Below, in pieces: positions 8,591 to 18,253 of a stretch of DNA of 64,000 bases. Made by a program: the position numbers and the translations under genes. Under the pieces are notes generated by a model. That model was not told the origin of the DNA, made no database searches, and saw only the letters and a list, made by a program, of their open reading frames with translations. This DNA is from Hydrurus foetidus (Eukaryota). Location: NCBI GenBank assembly GCA_900617105.1, contig UYFQ01000006.1, positions 434,001 through 498,000 on the forward strand, in the 5' to 3' direction. Positions within the stretch are counted from its first letter, which is position 1. Every line of letters starts with the position of its first letter.

Positions 8591-9988
8591 GTGAGTACCG
8601 TGGACAACACCTTGTTCCAATCCCGTTTGGCGCGACGCTGGCGTCACCTCGGGCAGCGCCTGTACGTGCGCATCTGGCTGGCGGTGGTGTTGGCCGTGGC
8701 GGTGCTGATTTTGTTGGTGGGTTGGGCTTGGCGCTTGGCCGCTGAACAGCCCTTGAGCGAAGTTCATGTGCGCAACTCGGCAGGCGAGATCATTGGCTCA
8801 GCCCAACGCCGCCCCAGGCACAGACCACCACCCGGTATGGAAGATCCGCCTTCTCTGGAGCCCGGGGCACAAGGCGAGCGCCGCGACCGACCAGAACCTC
8901 CACCCGAAGAACCACCAGGAAGCCTCCCACAACACGCTAACGCGGTACGTATCGTCCCAGGCGGCCCAGGTTTGGCGCAAAACTTTGGCAGCGGGCCAGA
9001 ATTCTTGGTCACGCTGAAAGACGGCCAAGTCTTGCACATCCACCTGCCACGGCCCCCCAACCGCTCACCGTTCAGCAGCCGCCCTTATGGTTTCTTTTGG
9101 TTGCTGGCGATGGTGGGGCTGGGTGTCGCCTTGGCCACCTACCCCATCGTGCGGCGGTTGACGAAGCGGCTTGAAGCACTGCAACACGGCGTAGAGCAGT
9201 GGGGCAGCGGCGATTTGTCGGCCCGCGTACCGCTGCAAGGTAACGACGAGGTGGGCTACCTTGCAGCCCGGTTCAACTTGGCCGCAGGGCGGATTGAGAC
9301 CCTGGTGAAATCACACAAATCGTTGCTGGCCAATGCCTCGCACGAGCTACGCTCACCGCTCACGCGCATCCGCATGGGCTTGGAGCTGATGGGAGAGCAA
9401 ACATCGCCCACGTTCAAAAACGAAATCACCCGCAACATTGCCGAACTCGATCAACTCATCACTGAAATTTTGCTGGCCAGCCGTCTGGACGCCAAAGAAG
9501 CTGACATGGGCACGGTGGAATCTGTTGACTTGACCGGGTTAATCGCTGAAGAGTGCGCCCACACGGGTGCGTTGTTTGAGGCACTGCCCGAGACAGATAC
9601 CGGCGCCGCTGCCGAACAAAATCTGGATGCCGAAACCGTGCTGGTGCAGGGCATCGTCAAACTGCTGCGCCGCGTGGTCCGCAACCTGCTGGAAAATGGC
9701 CGCCGCTACAGCCAGGGCGACATCACTGTCACCCTGCAACGCCAAGGCAGCCGCGCCATCATTTGTGTGCGCGATACCGGTCCCGGCGTGCCCGATCTGC
9801 TGCGTGAGCGTATTTTTGAGCCCTTTTACCGCTTGCCAGGGGCCAGTGAGCAATCGGGCGGCGTAGGTTTGGGGCTGGCGTTGGTGAAATCCATCACCGA
9901 ACGCACCGGTGGCAGCGTGCGGTGTGAAGCCAATCCCGGTGGCGGCGCTTGCTTCGTGCTAGATTTGCCTCTGCAAAAAACCCGGTAA
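8591..9988 (+). CDS. Sensor histidine kinase (HAMP-HisKA-HATPase)
   Basis: Two TM segments, SHELRSPL H-box, NLLENG, DTGPG, GVGLGL. Confidence 0.95.
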   Translation: MSTVDNTLFQSRLARRWRHLGQRLYVRIWLAVVLAVAVLILLVGWAWRLAAEQPLSEVHVRNSAGEIIGSAQRRPRHRPPPGMEDPPSLEPGAQGERRDRPEPPPEEPPGSLPQHANAVRIVPGGPGLAQNFGSGPEFLVTLKDGQVLHIHLPRPPNRSPFSSRPYGFFWLLAMVGLGVALATYPIVRRLTKRLEALQHGVEQWGSGDLSARVPLQGNDEVGYLAARFNLAAGRIETLVKSHKSLLANASHELRSPLTRIRMGLELMGEQTSPTFKNEITRNIAELDQLITEILLASRLDAKEADMGTVESVDLTGLIAEECAHTGALFEALPETDTGAAAEQNLDAETVLVQGIVKLLRRVVRNLLENGRRYSQGDITVTLQRQGSRAIICVRDTGPGVPDLLRERIFEPFYRLPGASEQSGGVGLGLALVKSITERTGGSVRCEANPGGGACFVLDLPLQKTR

Positions 9989-10019
9989 GCTCTGTCACAG
10001 TTACCGCAAGAACGGCACT

Positions 10020-11270
10020 GTGAAACTCGATATTCCTTACCCCCCTCAAATAAGCCAAGAAGCCGCAAAGCGCGAAGCACTGCGCCAGTTTGCCCGGCGG
10101 CAATTGTCCAGCGTTCTGGCTGGGCCTATCGGCGCGGCGGTGCTGGCAGGTTGCCTGTACCGCCAATTGCCCGACACCCTGCTGATGCCTTGGCTGGTCA
10201 GCAACCTGGTACTGTCTATGGTCTGCATGGCGCTTGCCACGGTGCTGCTGCGTGAACTGGACAACCCCAGCAAATTACGCCGTGGTGTATTCACACTGCC
10301 ACTGGCGATGTTTGGCAAAGGATTGGTCTGGGGGCTGGCCCCGTTGCTGTTGGTGGTGCCCTCAGAGCCTGGCTACACCGTGCTGTGCATGGCGGTACTG
10401 TGTGTCGAGGTGGCCCTGTCACTCCACGCTCTGTGCCTGCACAGTCCTTCACTGTGGAGCTTTGTGCTGCCAGCGCTGCTACCGGCGGGGGTGTATTTAA
10501 GCCTGACAGGCAGCGGCTTGACCCAGCTGGTGGGCCTGTGCTGTGTGGCGATGCTGGGCGTATGCGCCTACTACGGGTTGGGTGCCTCGCATGACGGGCG
10601 ACGCAGTGTGAACGCCAGCATGCAAAACAAACTGCTCTCCACCAAACTCAAAGCCACGATGGCCGAGTTGCGAACGCTTCAACGCACCACCCGCGAATCC
10701 AGCACCCGCGATCCTCTTACCCAGTGCTACAACCGCCGGGCGATGGTGGAGTACTTAGAGCGTGAAATGGTCACGCAAGACCGCGAAGGCCGCACCTTGG
10801 GGGTCTTGCTGATAGATGCAGACCATTTCAAGCGCATCAACGATGTGTATGGCCACTTGATTGGCGACGAGGTGCTCAAAGCGCTGACCAAGCGCATTCA
10901 GACGAGTCTGCGAGGCAACGATTTTCTGGCACGCCATGGCGGTGCCGAATTTGTCGCTTTGATCCACGCCGCCAACCCTACCGAGTTGGCGCAGGCAGCA
11001 GAGCGCGTACGTTTCAGCATTGCCGCATCGCCTTTGTTGGAGCAGCCTGAGCTGGTACGCATCACCGTGTGTGTGGGGGCGACCCTGCGGGTGCCGAAGG
11101 AAACCATCAACGTGGTGTTTGCGCGGGCCGATCAAGCGGTCTACCGCGCCAAAACCGGGGGCCGGAACCGGGTTGAATTGGATCTACCGGTGTCTTTTAT
11201 ATTTCAGAATACTCCAACGCACAGCTACGCCGATATCGACATCACCGATTTTGGCGATCTGCCGCTGTAG
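10020..11270 (+). CDS. Membrane GGDEF-domain protein with a degenerate GGAEF motif
   Basis: Multiple TM helices, DPLTQCYNRR, DADHFKRINDVYGH, RGND..ARHGGAEF. Confidence 0.9.
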   Translation: MKLDIPYPPQISQEAAKREALRQFARRQLSSVLAGPIGAAVLAGCLYRQLPDTLLMPWLVSNLVLSMVCMALATVLLRELDNPSKLRRGVFTLPLAMFGKGLVWGLAPLLLVVPSEPGYTVLCMAVLCVEVALSLHALCLHSPSLWSFVLPALLPAGVYLSLTGSGLTQLVGLCCVAMLGVCAYYGLGASHDGRRSVNASMQNKLLSTKLKATMAELRTLQRTTRESSTRDPLTQCYNRRAMVEYLEREMVTQDREGRTLGVLLIDADHFKRINDVYGHLIGDEVLKALTKRIQTSLRGNDFLARHGGAEFVALIHAANPTELAQAAERVRFSIAASPLLEQPELVRITVCVGATLRVPKETINVVFARADQAVYRAKTGGRNRVELDLPVSFIFQNTPTHSYADIDITDFGDLPL

Positions 11271-12321
11271 ACAATGCCGCCAACACCGCGCTGGGCAGCA
11301 CATCGTTCAAACACCGCGTGTGCCCCAGCGGGCAGCTGCGTTGGAAGCACGGGGCGCAGTCCAGAGCAGGGCTGTAAGCGCTGTCTTGCTTGAGCCACAG
11401 CACTGTTGCTTTGACGTTCAGCGGCGGGGTGTGCAAGGGGCTGGACGAGCCAAACACGGCCACCTGAGGCACGCCATAGGCTGCGGCCACATGCATCAAC
11501 CCTGAATCATTGCTCACTACACTTTTACTAGCAGCTATCACTGATAAAGCCTGTGCCAGAGAGGTTTTTCCTGCTAAATTAATACACCGCCCAGGGGCCA
11601 GTGCGCTGATTTCGTCGCACAAGGCGGCTTCTTTGCCCGAACCCAGCAAGACAGCGGGCAACGCCAGTTGGCGGGCCAAGGTGGCAAAATGCGCAGTGGG
11701 CCAGCGCTTGGCCGGGCCGAATTCAGCACCAGGGGCCAACACATGGTAGCCCTGGGCATGCAAACCGAGGGACGATAAGTGAATCAGCACCTCAGTGGCA
11801 TCCACGTGCAGTTGAGGACGGTCAGCCGCCGAACCAGCGGTATCAGCGACAGCACCACTGCCGCCCTTCCCTCCCCCCAGCGCCGAATAGAACGCCACCA
11901 TCGGTGGGCGTTGGCCTTTGGCAGGGTTCTGGAGGCGGTGTGTCAGCACACCCACACGCATTTCCCCGGTGTAACCCACTCGCTTGGGGATGCCTGCCCA
12001 CCAAGGCAGCAAGGCGCTTTTGAGTGAATTGGGGCAAACGTAAGCCGTGTCAAACTGACCCGCCAAGCGCTTAGCCAGCGCACGCCGCGCCTGAAACTGC
12101 AAGCCGCCGTGCTGAAAGGGAAATTCAATGACCTCGGCCACCTCGGGCATGGCCCGGTACACCGGGGCCACCCACGGCAGCGCACCAACCGTGAGGCGCT
12201 CGCCACGCGCCGCCAAACGGCGCATCAGCGGCTGCGTCATCACCGCATCGCCAATCCATTGCGGGGCGATGACGAGCGACCGAACTACAGCAGCATCAAT
12301 GGCCACCACCGAAATGTTCAC
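11242..12321 (-). CDS. waaF: LPS heptosyltransferase II
   Basis: APQWIGDAVM, PGAEFGPAKRWP, NDSGLMHVAAA. Confidence 0.93.
   Translation of the reverse strand: MNISVVAIDAAVVRSLVIAPQWIGDAVMTQPLMRRLAARGERLTVGALPWVAPVYRAMPEVAEVIEFPFQHGGLQFQARRALAKRLAGQFDTAYVCPNSLKSALLPWWAGIPKRVGYTGEMRVGVLTHRLQNPAKGQRPPMVAFYSALGGGKGGSGAVADTAGSAADRPQLHVDATEVLIHLSSLGLHAQGYHVLAPGAEFGPAKRWPTAHFATLARQLALPAVLLGSGKEAALCDEISALAPGRCINLAGKTSLAQALSVIAASKSVVSNDSGLMHVAAAYGVPQVAVFGSSSPLHTPPLNVKATVLWLKQDSAYSPALDCAPCFQRSCPLGHTRCLNDVLPSAVLAALSTAADRQNR
11516..11570 (+). repeat. Dispersed element copy (inside waaF)
   Basis: ACTACACTTTTACTAGC head, adjacent second head GCTATCACTGATAAAGC, TTTTT at +33 to +37. Confidence 0.55.
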
Positions 12322-12499
12322 CCGCCTTCAGTTTGTAGACCGTACCGCAGTAAGGGCACTTGCCCTCACCCGTCTTCGCCACATCCAAGTACACCTTGGG
12401 ATGGGTGTTCCAGACCTTCATATCGGCTTTAGGTGAAGGGCAAAACACGCCGCCTTGGTGGTTCAGGTCAGCGGCCAGGAGTTCGATAGGGGTGCTCAT
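12296..12499 (-). CDS. zf-CHCC zinc-finger protein
   Basis: FCP...HPKVYL...CPYCG. Confidence 0.88.
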   Translation of the reverse strand: MSTPIELLAADLNHQGGVFCPSPKADMKVWNTHPKVYLDVAKTGEGKCPYCGTVYKLKAGEHFGGGH

Positions 12500-13443
12500 A
12501 CTTTGGATAACCAGTGTGCGTATTGAGGGTTGCGGCCATTGACGATGTCAAAGAACGCGGTTTGGATTTTTTCGGTGATGGGGCCACGGCTGCCCACGTA
12601 GTCGCCTTTGCCCAGCTCGATGCGGTCAAGCTCGCGGATTGGCGTGACTTCGGCGGCGGTGCCGGTGAAGAAAGCTTCGTCAGCGATGTACACCTCGTCC
12701 CGGGTAATGCGCTTTTGCACCACGTCCAGACCCAAGTCTTTGGCGATGTGCATCACGGTATTGCGGGTGATGCCATTCAAGGCACCAGCGGACAAATCGG
12801 GGGTGTAAATCACGCCATCTTTCACCACAAAGATGTTTTCGCCCGCGCCTTCGGAGACAAAGCCTGAGCTGTCGAGCAACAGCGCTTCGTCGTAGCCGTC
12901 TTCGGTGGCTTCCATGTTGGCGAGGATGGAGTTGGTGTAGTTGCTTACCGCCTTGGCCTGCGTCATCGTGATGTTGACGTGGTGGCGGGTGTAGCTGCTG
13001 GTTTTGACGCGGATACCTCGCCGCATGCCTTCTTCGCCCAGGTACGCGCCCCATTCCCAAGCGGCAACCATCAAATGGATGGTATTGCCTTTGGGGGAAA
13101 CGCCCAACTTTTGCGAGCCAATCCAGGTCAGCGGGCGCAGGTAGCCGCTTTCCAGCTTGTTCTCGCGCACCACGGCACATTGCGCGTCCATCACCTCTTG
13201 CAGGGTGAAGGGAATCTTCATGCGCAGGATTTTGGCGCTGTTGAACAAGCGCTGGGTGTGTTCTTCGAGGCGAAAAATCGCCGTGCCATCACCCGTTTTA
13301 TAGGCGCGAACACCTTCAAACGCACCGCAACCGTAATGCAGCGTGTGGCTCAGCACATGGATATTGGCATCGCGCCATTCGACCATCTGGCCGTCCATCC
13401 AGATTTTGCCGTCGCGGTCGGCCATGCTTGGGGGTAGGCTCAT
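12496..13443 (-). CDS. ilvE: Branched-chain amino acid aminotransferase
   Basis: LHYGCGAFEG, YLRP, EGAGENIF, GITR, GTAAEVTP. Confidence 0.96.
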   Translation of the reverse strand: MSLPPSMADRDGKIWMDGQMVEWRDANIHVLSHTLHYGCGAFEGVRAYKTGDGTAIFRLEEHTQRLFNSAKILRMKIPFTLQEVMDAQCAVVRENKLESGYLRPLTWIGSQKLGVSPKGNTIHLMVAAWEWGAYLGEEGMRRGIRVKTSSYTRHHVNITMTQAKAVSNYTNSILANMEATEDGYDEALLLDSSGFVSEGAGENIFVVKDGVIYTPDLSAGALNGITRNTVMHIAKDLGLDVVQKRITRDEVYIADEAFFTGTAAEVTPIRELDRIELGKGDYVGSRGPITEKIQTAFFDIVNGRNPQYAHWLSKV

Positions 13444-13507
13444 AGAGAATTCCTTGAAAAAGGGGTCAGTTGGCGGGTACGTTGAAGGATAAGTGTGTGG
13501 CTGAATT

Positions 13508-13927
13508 TTACGGGGCTGGGGTGGCTGCATCGTCCGCTTGTTCCGGGCGGAAAAGCGACCAGGTGGTCAGCTTGCCTGCACGAAACTCGCAAGTCACATG
13601 CGACTCGCCCGCGTCTTTCCAGCGGAACACCTCGGGCTGCAGGTCTTTGGCCGACTGCTGCTGCCCCAAGCTTTTGGTCATTGCAATCACATGCAGCAGC
13701 GATACGCCGGTTTTGAGCTTGGCATTGAGCATCACCGCGCTGGACACACTGCCAATAGGCCGGTTCGTTGCACGTTTAAGCACCTGCAACGACCGCGTGA
13801 AGTGCAGCAGTATCCACATCACTGCGGCCGAACCCACCAACGCAACCCCCGCCCAGCGGTAGCTGTACCACGCCGCACCCATCAAGGCCAGCGCACCTGT
13901 CGCCACCATGGCTTTGTGAACATTCAT
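13508..13927 (-). CDS. Conserved hypothetical membrane protein
   Basis: Two N-terminal TM segments, SAVMLNAKL motif; lies between radA and ilvE. Confidence 0.7.
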   Translation of the reverse strand: MNVHKAMVATGALALMGAAWYSYRWAGVALVGSAAVMWILLHFTRSLQVLKRATNRPIGSVSSAVMLNAKLKTGVSLLHVIAMTKSLGQQQSAKDLQPEVFRWKDAGESHVTCEFRAGKLTTWSLFRPEQADDAATPAP

Positions 13928-13995
13928 AAACGCAAAATTCCTGGAGATAAAAGCAAAAGTGAAGAACGAAACAAAAGGGGGGCAGTTTAATCGCC

Positions 13996-15363
13996 TCACC
14001 CCATGCTGCGCACAACCTCCATCGCCTGCTCAATGCGCTCCACCGGGTGAATCGTCAGCCCCTCAATCGGCTTCTTGGGTGCATTGGCCTTGGGCACCAC
14101 AGCCACGCTAAAGCCCAACTTGGCCGCTTCCTTCAACCGCTCTTGCCCACGCGGGGCCGGGCGCACCTCACCCGCCAAGCCCACTTCACCAAACGCAAAA
14201 AAACCCTTAGGCAGTGGTTTGCCGCGCAGGCTGGACGTGATCGCCAGCATCACGCTCAAATCCGCCGCCGGTTCGCTGATGCGCACCCCACCCACCGCGT
14301 TCACGAACACATCCTGGTCCATGCACGCCACGCCCGCGTGCCGGTGCAGCACCGCCAGCAGCATCGCCAAACGGTCTTTGTCCAGCCCCACCGAGAGGCG
14401 GCGTGGGCTGGGGCCGCCACTGTCCACCAGCGCCTGAATTTCCACCAGCATGGGCCGCGTGCCCTCCAGCGTGACCAGCACGCAGCTGCCGGGCACGGGT
14501 TCGCTGTGCTGACTCAAAAAGATAGCGCTGGGGTTGGTCACACCCTTCAAGCCCTTTTCCGTCATGGCGAACACGCCAATTTCATTCACCGCCCCAAAGC
14601 GGTTTTTGATGGCCCGCACCAGGCGAAAACTCGAATGCGTGTCGCCTTCGAAGTACAGCACCGTGTCCACCATGTGCTCCAGCACACGCGGCCCTGCCAG
14701 CGCACCCTCTTTGGTCACATGACCCACCAGCACAATGCACACCCCACTGGCCTTCGCCATGCGCGTCAAGTGCGCCGCGCACTCGCGTACCTGCGCCACA
14801 GAGCCGGGCGCAGAGGTCAACTGGTCGGAATACACCGTTTGAATCGAATCAATCACCGCAATCGCAGGCAAGGTGGTGTTGAGTGTTGAGATGATTTTGT
14901 CGAGCTGAATCTCGGCCAGCACCTTCACCTGACTGCCCAGCAAGCCCAGCCGCTGCGCCCGCAGCGCCACCTGCGCCCCGCTCTCTTCACCCGTCACGTA
15001 CAGCGTCTCAGCGCCCGCACGCTGCAAAGCGTCCAAAGCTTGCAGCAGCAGCGTGGATTTGCCGATGCCAGGGTCGCCACCAATCAACACCACCCCCCCT
15101 TCAACCACGCCACCGCCCAGCACCCGGTCAAGCTCTTCCAGCCCGGTAGGCGTGCGCGCCATGTCCGTGGCCTCAATGTCCCCCAGCCGCATGACGGCAG
15201 CGGTTTTGGCGAGCGAAGCAAAACGGTTTTTAACCGGCGCATTGGATTCGGCTGCGGACTCAATCAGCGTGTTCCAAGCATTGCAATGCGGACATTTGCC
15301 CAGCCATTTGGGCGCGGTGCCGCCGCAGTCGGTGCAGGTGTAAATAGATTTTTCTTTGGCCAT
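13996..15363 (-). CDS. radA: DNA repair protein RadA/Sms
   Basis: C4 zinc finger, GDPGIGKS, KNRFG motif, Lon-like C-terminus. Confidence 0.97.
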   Translation of the reverse strand: MAKEKSIYTCTDCGGTAPKWLGKCPHCNAWNTLIESAAESNAPVKNRFASLAKTAAVMRLGDIEATDMARTPTGLEELDRVLGGGVVEGGVVLIGGDPGIGKSTLLLQALDALQRAGAETLYVTGEESGAQVALRAQRLGLLGSQVKVLAEIQLDKIISTLNTTLPAIAVIDSIQTVYSDQLTSAPGSVAQVRECAAHLTRMAKASGVCIVLVGHVTKEGALAGPRVLEHMVDTVLYFEGDTHSSFRLVRAIKNRFGAVNEIGVFAMTEKGLKGVTNPSAIFLSQHSEPVPGSCVLVTLEGTRPMLVEIQALVDSGGPSPRRLSVGLDKDRLAMLLAVLHRHAGVACMDQDVFVNAVGGVRISEPAADLSVMLAITSSLRGKPLPKGFFAFGEVGLAGEVRPAPRGQERLKEAAKLGFSVAVVPKANAPKKPIEGLTIHPVERIEQAMEVVRSMG

Positions 15364-15376
15364 GAGGATGTGGTGG

Positions 15377-15493
15377 TCAATTTTTCCAGTAGGTGGTGAA
15401 GGCTTTACCCAAGTGACCTTTGTAGTCCAGCGGCGTTTGCAGATAAGTGCTCAGATCAGTAAGCACATCAGCTTGGTAGCCTTTGAGTTCCAT
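15377..15493 (-). pseudogene. 38-aa stub resembling the N-terminus of a type III restriction Res / DEAD helicase
   Basis: MELKGYQADVLTDLSTYLQTPLDYKGHLGKAFTTYWKN*, with an LKxYQ Q-motif; starts directly after the DUF2442 stop. Confidence 0.5.
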
Positions 15494-15793
15494 TTACGAG
15501 ACATACCCCCACGCCTTGAACTGATTCTGAAATTGAGCAGTGTGAGGGGGCTTGTCTTTGAACGCTTGGAAGTACACGAACTCAGGCGCCAAGTCCAATC
15601 CGCCAGGCCACACAATGGTTTCCAGCTCTTCATCCAGTCCGACTTGGGCAAATTTTTCTTGAGATTCCAATGCCTTGAAAACCCCGTTGTGAACCACAGA
15701 AGACAAGTCCGCCACGCCGCTCTCGCCGTTGTTAAACGACACGCATAGCTTGTAGTCTGAAAGATAGTTGACTTGGGTGATGTGCAAAATCAT
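15494..15793 (-). CDS. DUF2442-family protein
   Basis: YKLCVSFNNGESGVADL...TIVWPGGLDLAPE. Confidence 0.85.
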   Translation of the reverse strand: MILHITQVNYLSDYKLCVSFNNGESGVADLSSVVHNGVFKALESQEKFAQVGLDEELETIVWPGGLDLAPEFVYFQAFKDKPPHTAQFQNQFKAWGYVS

Positions 15794-15797
15794 GGCA

Positions 15798-16055
15798 TTA
15801 CTCCAAGGGTTGAATGGGGCTGGGTTGCTGGCTTTGTCGGCACAACTCCCAGTCTTGTGCAAGTTCATCTTTGTGCAGGCTGTACCACTCAAAAACATGC
15901 TTAAGCGCACGCGGTGGAAACTTGCCCTCCACAATGCCGCTGGCAATTTCCACCGTGATTTCAAAATCGCCATATTTGGCGTGGAAGTGGGGTGGCGCAT
16001 GGTCATTCCAGTACATGGAGATGATGATGCCCAAAAAACGACTGATGACTGGCAT
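15798..16055 (-). CDS. DUF4160-family protein (HicA-like putative toxin)
   Basis: MPVISRFLGIIISMYWNDHAPPHFHAKYG. Confidence 0.88.
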   Translation of the reverse strand: MPVISRFLGIIISMYWNDHAPPHFHAKYGDFEITVEIASGIVEGKFPPRALKHVFEWYSLHKDELAQDWELCRQSQQPSPIQPLE

Positions 16056-16073
16056 GGTGAACTCCCTTAAAAG

Positions 16074-16089
16074 CGCGTGATGTCACGCG
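16074..16089. promoter_or_regulatory. Putative operator of the DUF4160/DUF2442 pair
   Basis: Perfect 7-bp inverted repeat CGCGTGA-tg-TCACGCG about 20 nt upstream of the start. Confidence 0.45.
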
Positions 16090-16096
16090 GGGTGCG

Positions 16097-16258
16097 TTAG
16101 GACGTGAAGTCACTGCCGAGTTCAAGCAGGAAGTCTTCAAGGCGGTGAATCAGGACTTCTTCAAGCTCGCTTTCAGAATATTCGTCTTTAAGGTTCAAAA
16201 ACTCCAGCACGCAGGGGTCTTTGGCGGCTTCATCCGAGCTTATCGCGGTTTTCAGGGT
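16097..16258 (-). pseudogene. Internal fragment of a YhcG/DUF1016 PD-(D/E)XK nuclease gene
   Basis: Reads KDPCVLEFLNLKDEYSESELEEVLIHRLEDFLLELGSDFTS*, bounded by stops, no start codon. Confidence 0.75.
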
Positions 16259-16333
16259 TTAAAAGAATGATGCCACAGCCCCACCACCCCCAAGGGTAAT
16301 CACGTAGTTTCTCTCAACGCACATCGTCTAAAA

Positions 16334-16355
16334 TTTATTTAACATCTTAAATAAA
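16334..16355. promoter_or_regulatory. HpaR-type operator
   Basis: Perfect 9-bp inverted repeat TTTATTTAA-catc-TTAAATAAA just upstream of hpaR; same TTAA-N4-TTAA layout as the E. coli HpaR operator. Confidence 0.7.
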
Positions 16356-16364
16356 ACCTGCACC

Positions 16365-16796
16365 GTGACCCAGCCCTTCACCCACCGGAACCTTCCCAGC
16401 CTGCTGCTGCAAGCCCGTGAAGCCGTGATGACGCATTACCGGCCTGGCTTGCGCGTCCACGGCTTGTCGGATCCGCAATGGCGGGTGCTGCGGGTGTTGG
16501 GCGAGCATGGCAGCGTGGAGACTGGGCGGATTGCGCGTGAGGCTTTCATCCTAGGCCCAAGCCTGACCGGCGTGCTGATGCGGATGGAGCGTGATGGCCT
16601 GATTGCCCGCCAGCGTGACCCGCAAGACCAGCGCAGCACGGTGGTCGAGGCCACGGCCAAGGGCTTGAAGTTGGTGCAGCGGCTGTCGCACACGATTGAG
16701 GCGCACTACGACTGGCTGGAAAAGTCCATCGGTGCAGAAAAACTCGCGCAGCTTTATGCGCTGCTGGACGATTTGATTGAACTGGAGCAACCATGA
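16365..16796 (+). CDS. hpaR: MarR-family repressor of homoprotocatechuate catabolism
   Basis: LLLQAREAVM, GLSDPQWRVLR, PSLTGVL; heads the hpa cluster. Confidence 0.9.
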   Translation: MTQPFTHRNLPSLLLQAREAVMTHYRPGLRVHGLSDPQWRVLRVLGEHGSVETGRIAREAFILGPSLTGVLMRMERDGLIARQRDPQDQRSTVVEATAKGLKLVQRLSHTIEAHYDWLEKSIGAEKLAQLYALLDDLIELEQP

Positions 16797-17458
16797 GCAA
16801 CCCCCGCAGCTTTCTACCCACAGGCACCGTCTACGGCGTGCTGCTGAACTTCCGCGCCGAAGCCGAAGCGATGGCACCGCAAATGGCGCAAGCCCCCTAC
16901 AAAGCGCCGCCCCAAGAGCCCGTGCTCTACGTCAAACCCGCCAACACCTGGAGCACGAGTGGCACCGCCATCCCGGTTCCAGCGCGTGTGGCCGAGGTGG
17001 AAATAGGTGCCAGCATTGCGATGGTGATGGGGCAGGATTTGCAAGCAGGACATGCGCAGAGTGCTCTTCATTTTGTAGCAGGCTATGTGCTGGTGAATGA
17101 CTTGTCCGTGCCGCACACCAGCTTTTTTCGCCCGCCCGTCAAATTCAAATGCCTGGATGGCTTTCTAGGCGTAGGCGACACGCTGCGACCGGCCGGTGCG
17201 GATGTTGATCCTGCGCAATTTGTACTTGAAGTTCGCATCAACGGCGAGCTGCGCCAGACCGTGCAGTTCGCTCAACTCATGCGCCATGCAGCGCAATTGC
17301 TGGCTGACGTGAGCGCCTTCATGACCCTGCGTGCAGGCGATGTACTGCTGCTGGGCTGCGATGCCCGCCGCCCTCACGCCCGAGTGGGCGACAGCATCAG
17401 CCTCAGCGCCCCTGGCTTTGCCACCCTCACCAACACCTTGATCGCGGAGTCAGTATGA
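16793..17458 (+). CDS. hpaG: HpaG N-terminal half (FAA hydrolase family)
   Basis: GTVYGVLLN, PYKAPP..PVLYVKP, GYVLVND. Confidence 0.85.
   Translation: MSNPRSFLPTGTVYGVLLNFRAEAEAMAPQMAQAPYKAPPQEPVLYVKPANTWSTSGTAIPVPARVAEVEIGASIAMVMGQDLQAGHAQSALHFVAGYVLVNDLSVPHTSFFRPPVKFKCLDGFLGVGDTLRPAGADVDPAQFVLEVRINGELRQTVQFAQLMRHAAQLLADVSAFMTLRAGDVLLLGCDARRPHARVGDSISLSAPGFATLTNTLIAESV
17025..17079 (-). repeat. Dispersed element copy (inside hpaG N-half)
   Basis: Head GCTACAAAATGAAGAGC on the minus strand with internal GCA/TGC repeat. Confidence 0.55.
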
Positions 17459-18219
17459 AACCTGCCCTCAAACATGCCCGCGTGGCCTATGCCGGCGCTA
17501 TCCACCATGCCATTGAAACCGAGGGCAAACTGCGCCTGGACGATGGCCGTACCGTTGCTTTTGACGACGTGGTGTGGCTGCCACCTCTGGCCCCCACGCC
17601 CCGCCCGCGCACCATCCTCGCACTGGGCCTGAACTACGCTGACCACGCCAAAGAACTCGAATTCAAAGCACCCGAAGAACCCCTGGTGTTCATCAAAGGC
17701 GAAGGCAGCTTGATCGGCCACCGCGCCTTCACACAGCGCCCGGCAGACGTGAAATACATGCACTACGAATGCGAGCTGGCCGTGGTGATCGGCAAAACCG
17801 CCCGCAACGTCAAACGCGCGGATGCCTACGGCTTCATCGCGGGCTACACCGTGGCCAACGACTACGCCATCCGCGACTATCTGGAAAACTGGTACCGGCC
17901 CAACCTGCGCGTGAAAAACCGCGACACCTGCACGCCCATCGGCCCTTGGCTGGTAGACGCTTCGGGTGTGCCTGACCCCATGAACCTCGCGCTGCAAACC
18001 ACGGTGAACGGCAAAGTCACCCAGTCCGGCAACACCCGCGACATGATTTTTGACGTGCCCTACCTCATCGAATACTTCAGCAGCTTCATGACGCTCTCCC
18101 CCGGTGATTTGATTTTGACAGGCACCCCTGACGGCGTGGTCGATTGCCAGCCCGGCGACGTGATCGTCACCGAGATTGAAACCCTGGGTGCCCTGCACAA
18201 CACCATCGCCGCTTTCTGA
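17455..18219 (+). CDS. hpaG: HpaG C-terminal half (isomerase/decarboxylase)
   Basis: LGLNYADHA, MHYECEL, NDYAIRDYLENWYRPN, GTPDG. Confidence 0.9.
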   Translation: MKPALKHARVAYAGAIHHAIETEGKLRLDDGRTVAFDDVVWLPPLAPTPRPRTILALGLNYADHAKELEFKAPEEPLVFIKGEGSLIGHRAFTQRPADVKYMHYECELAVVIGKTARNVKRADAYGFIAGYTVANDYAIRDYLENWYRPNLRVKNRDTCTPIGPWLVDASGVPDPMNLALQTTVNGKVTQSGNTRDMIFDVPYLIEYFSSFMTLSPGDLILTGTPDGVVDCQPGDVIVTEIETLGALHNTIAAF

Positions 18220-18253
18220 TTCCCCAGCCCCTCAAACACCATCGAAGGCCACC

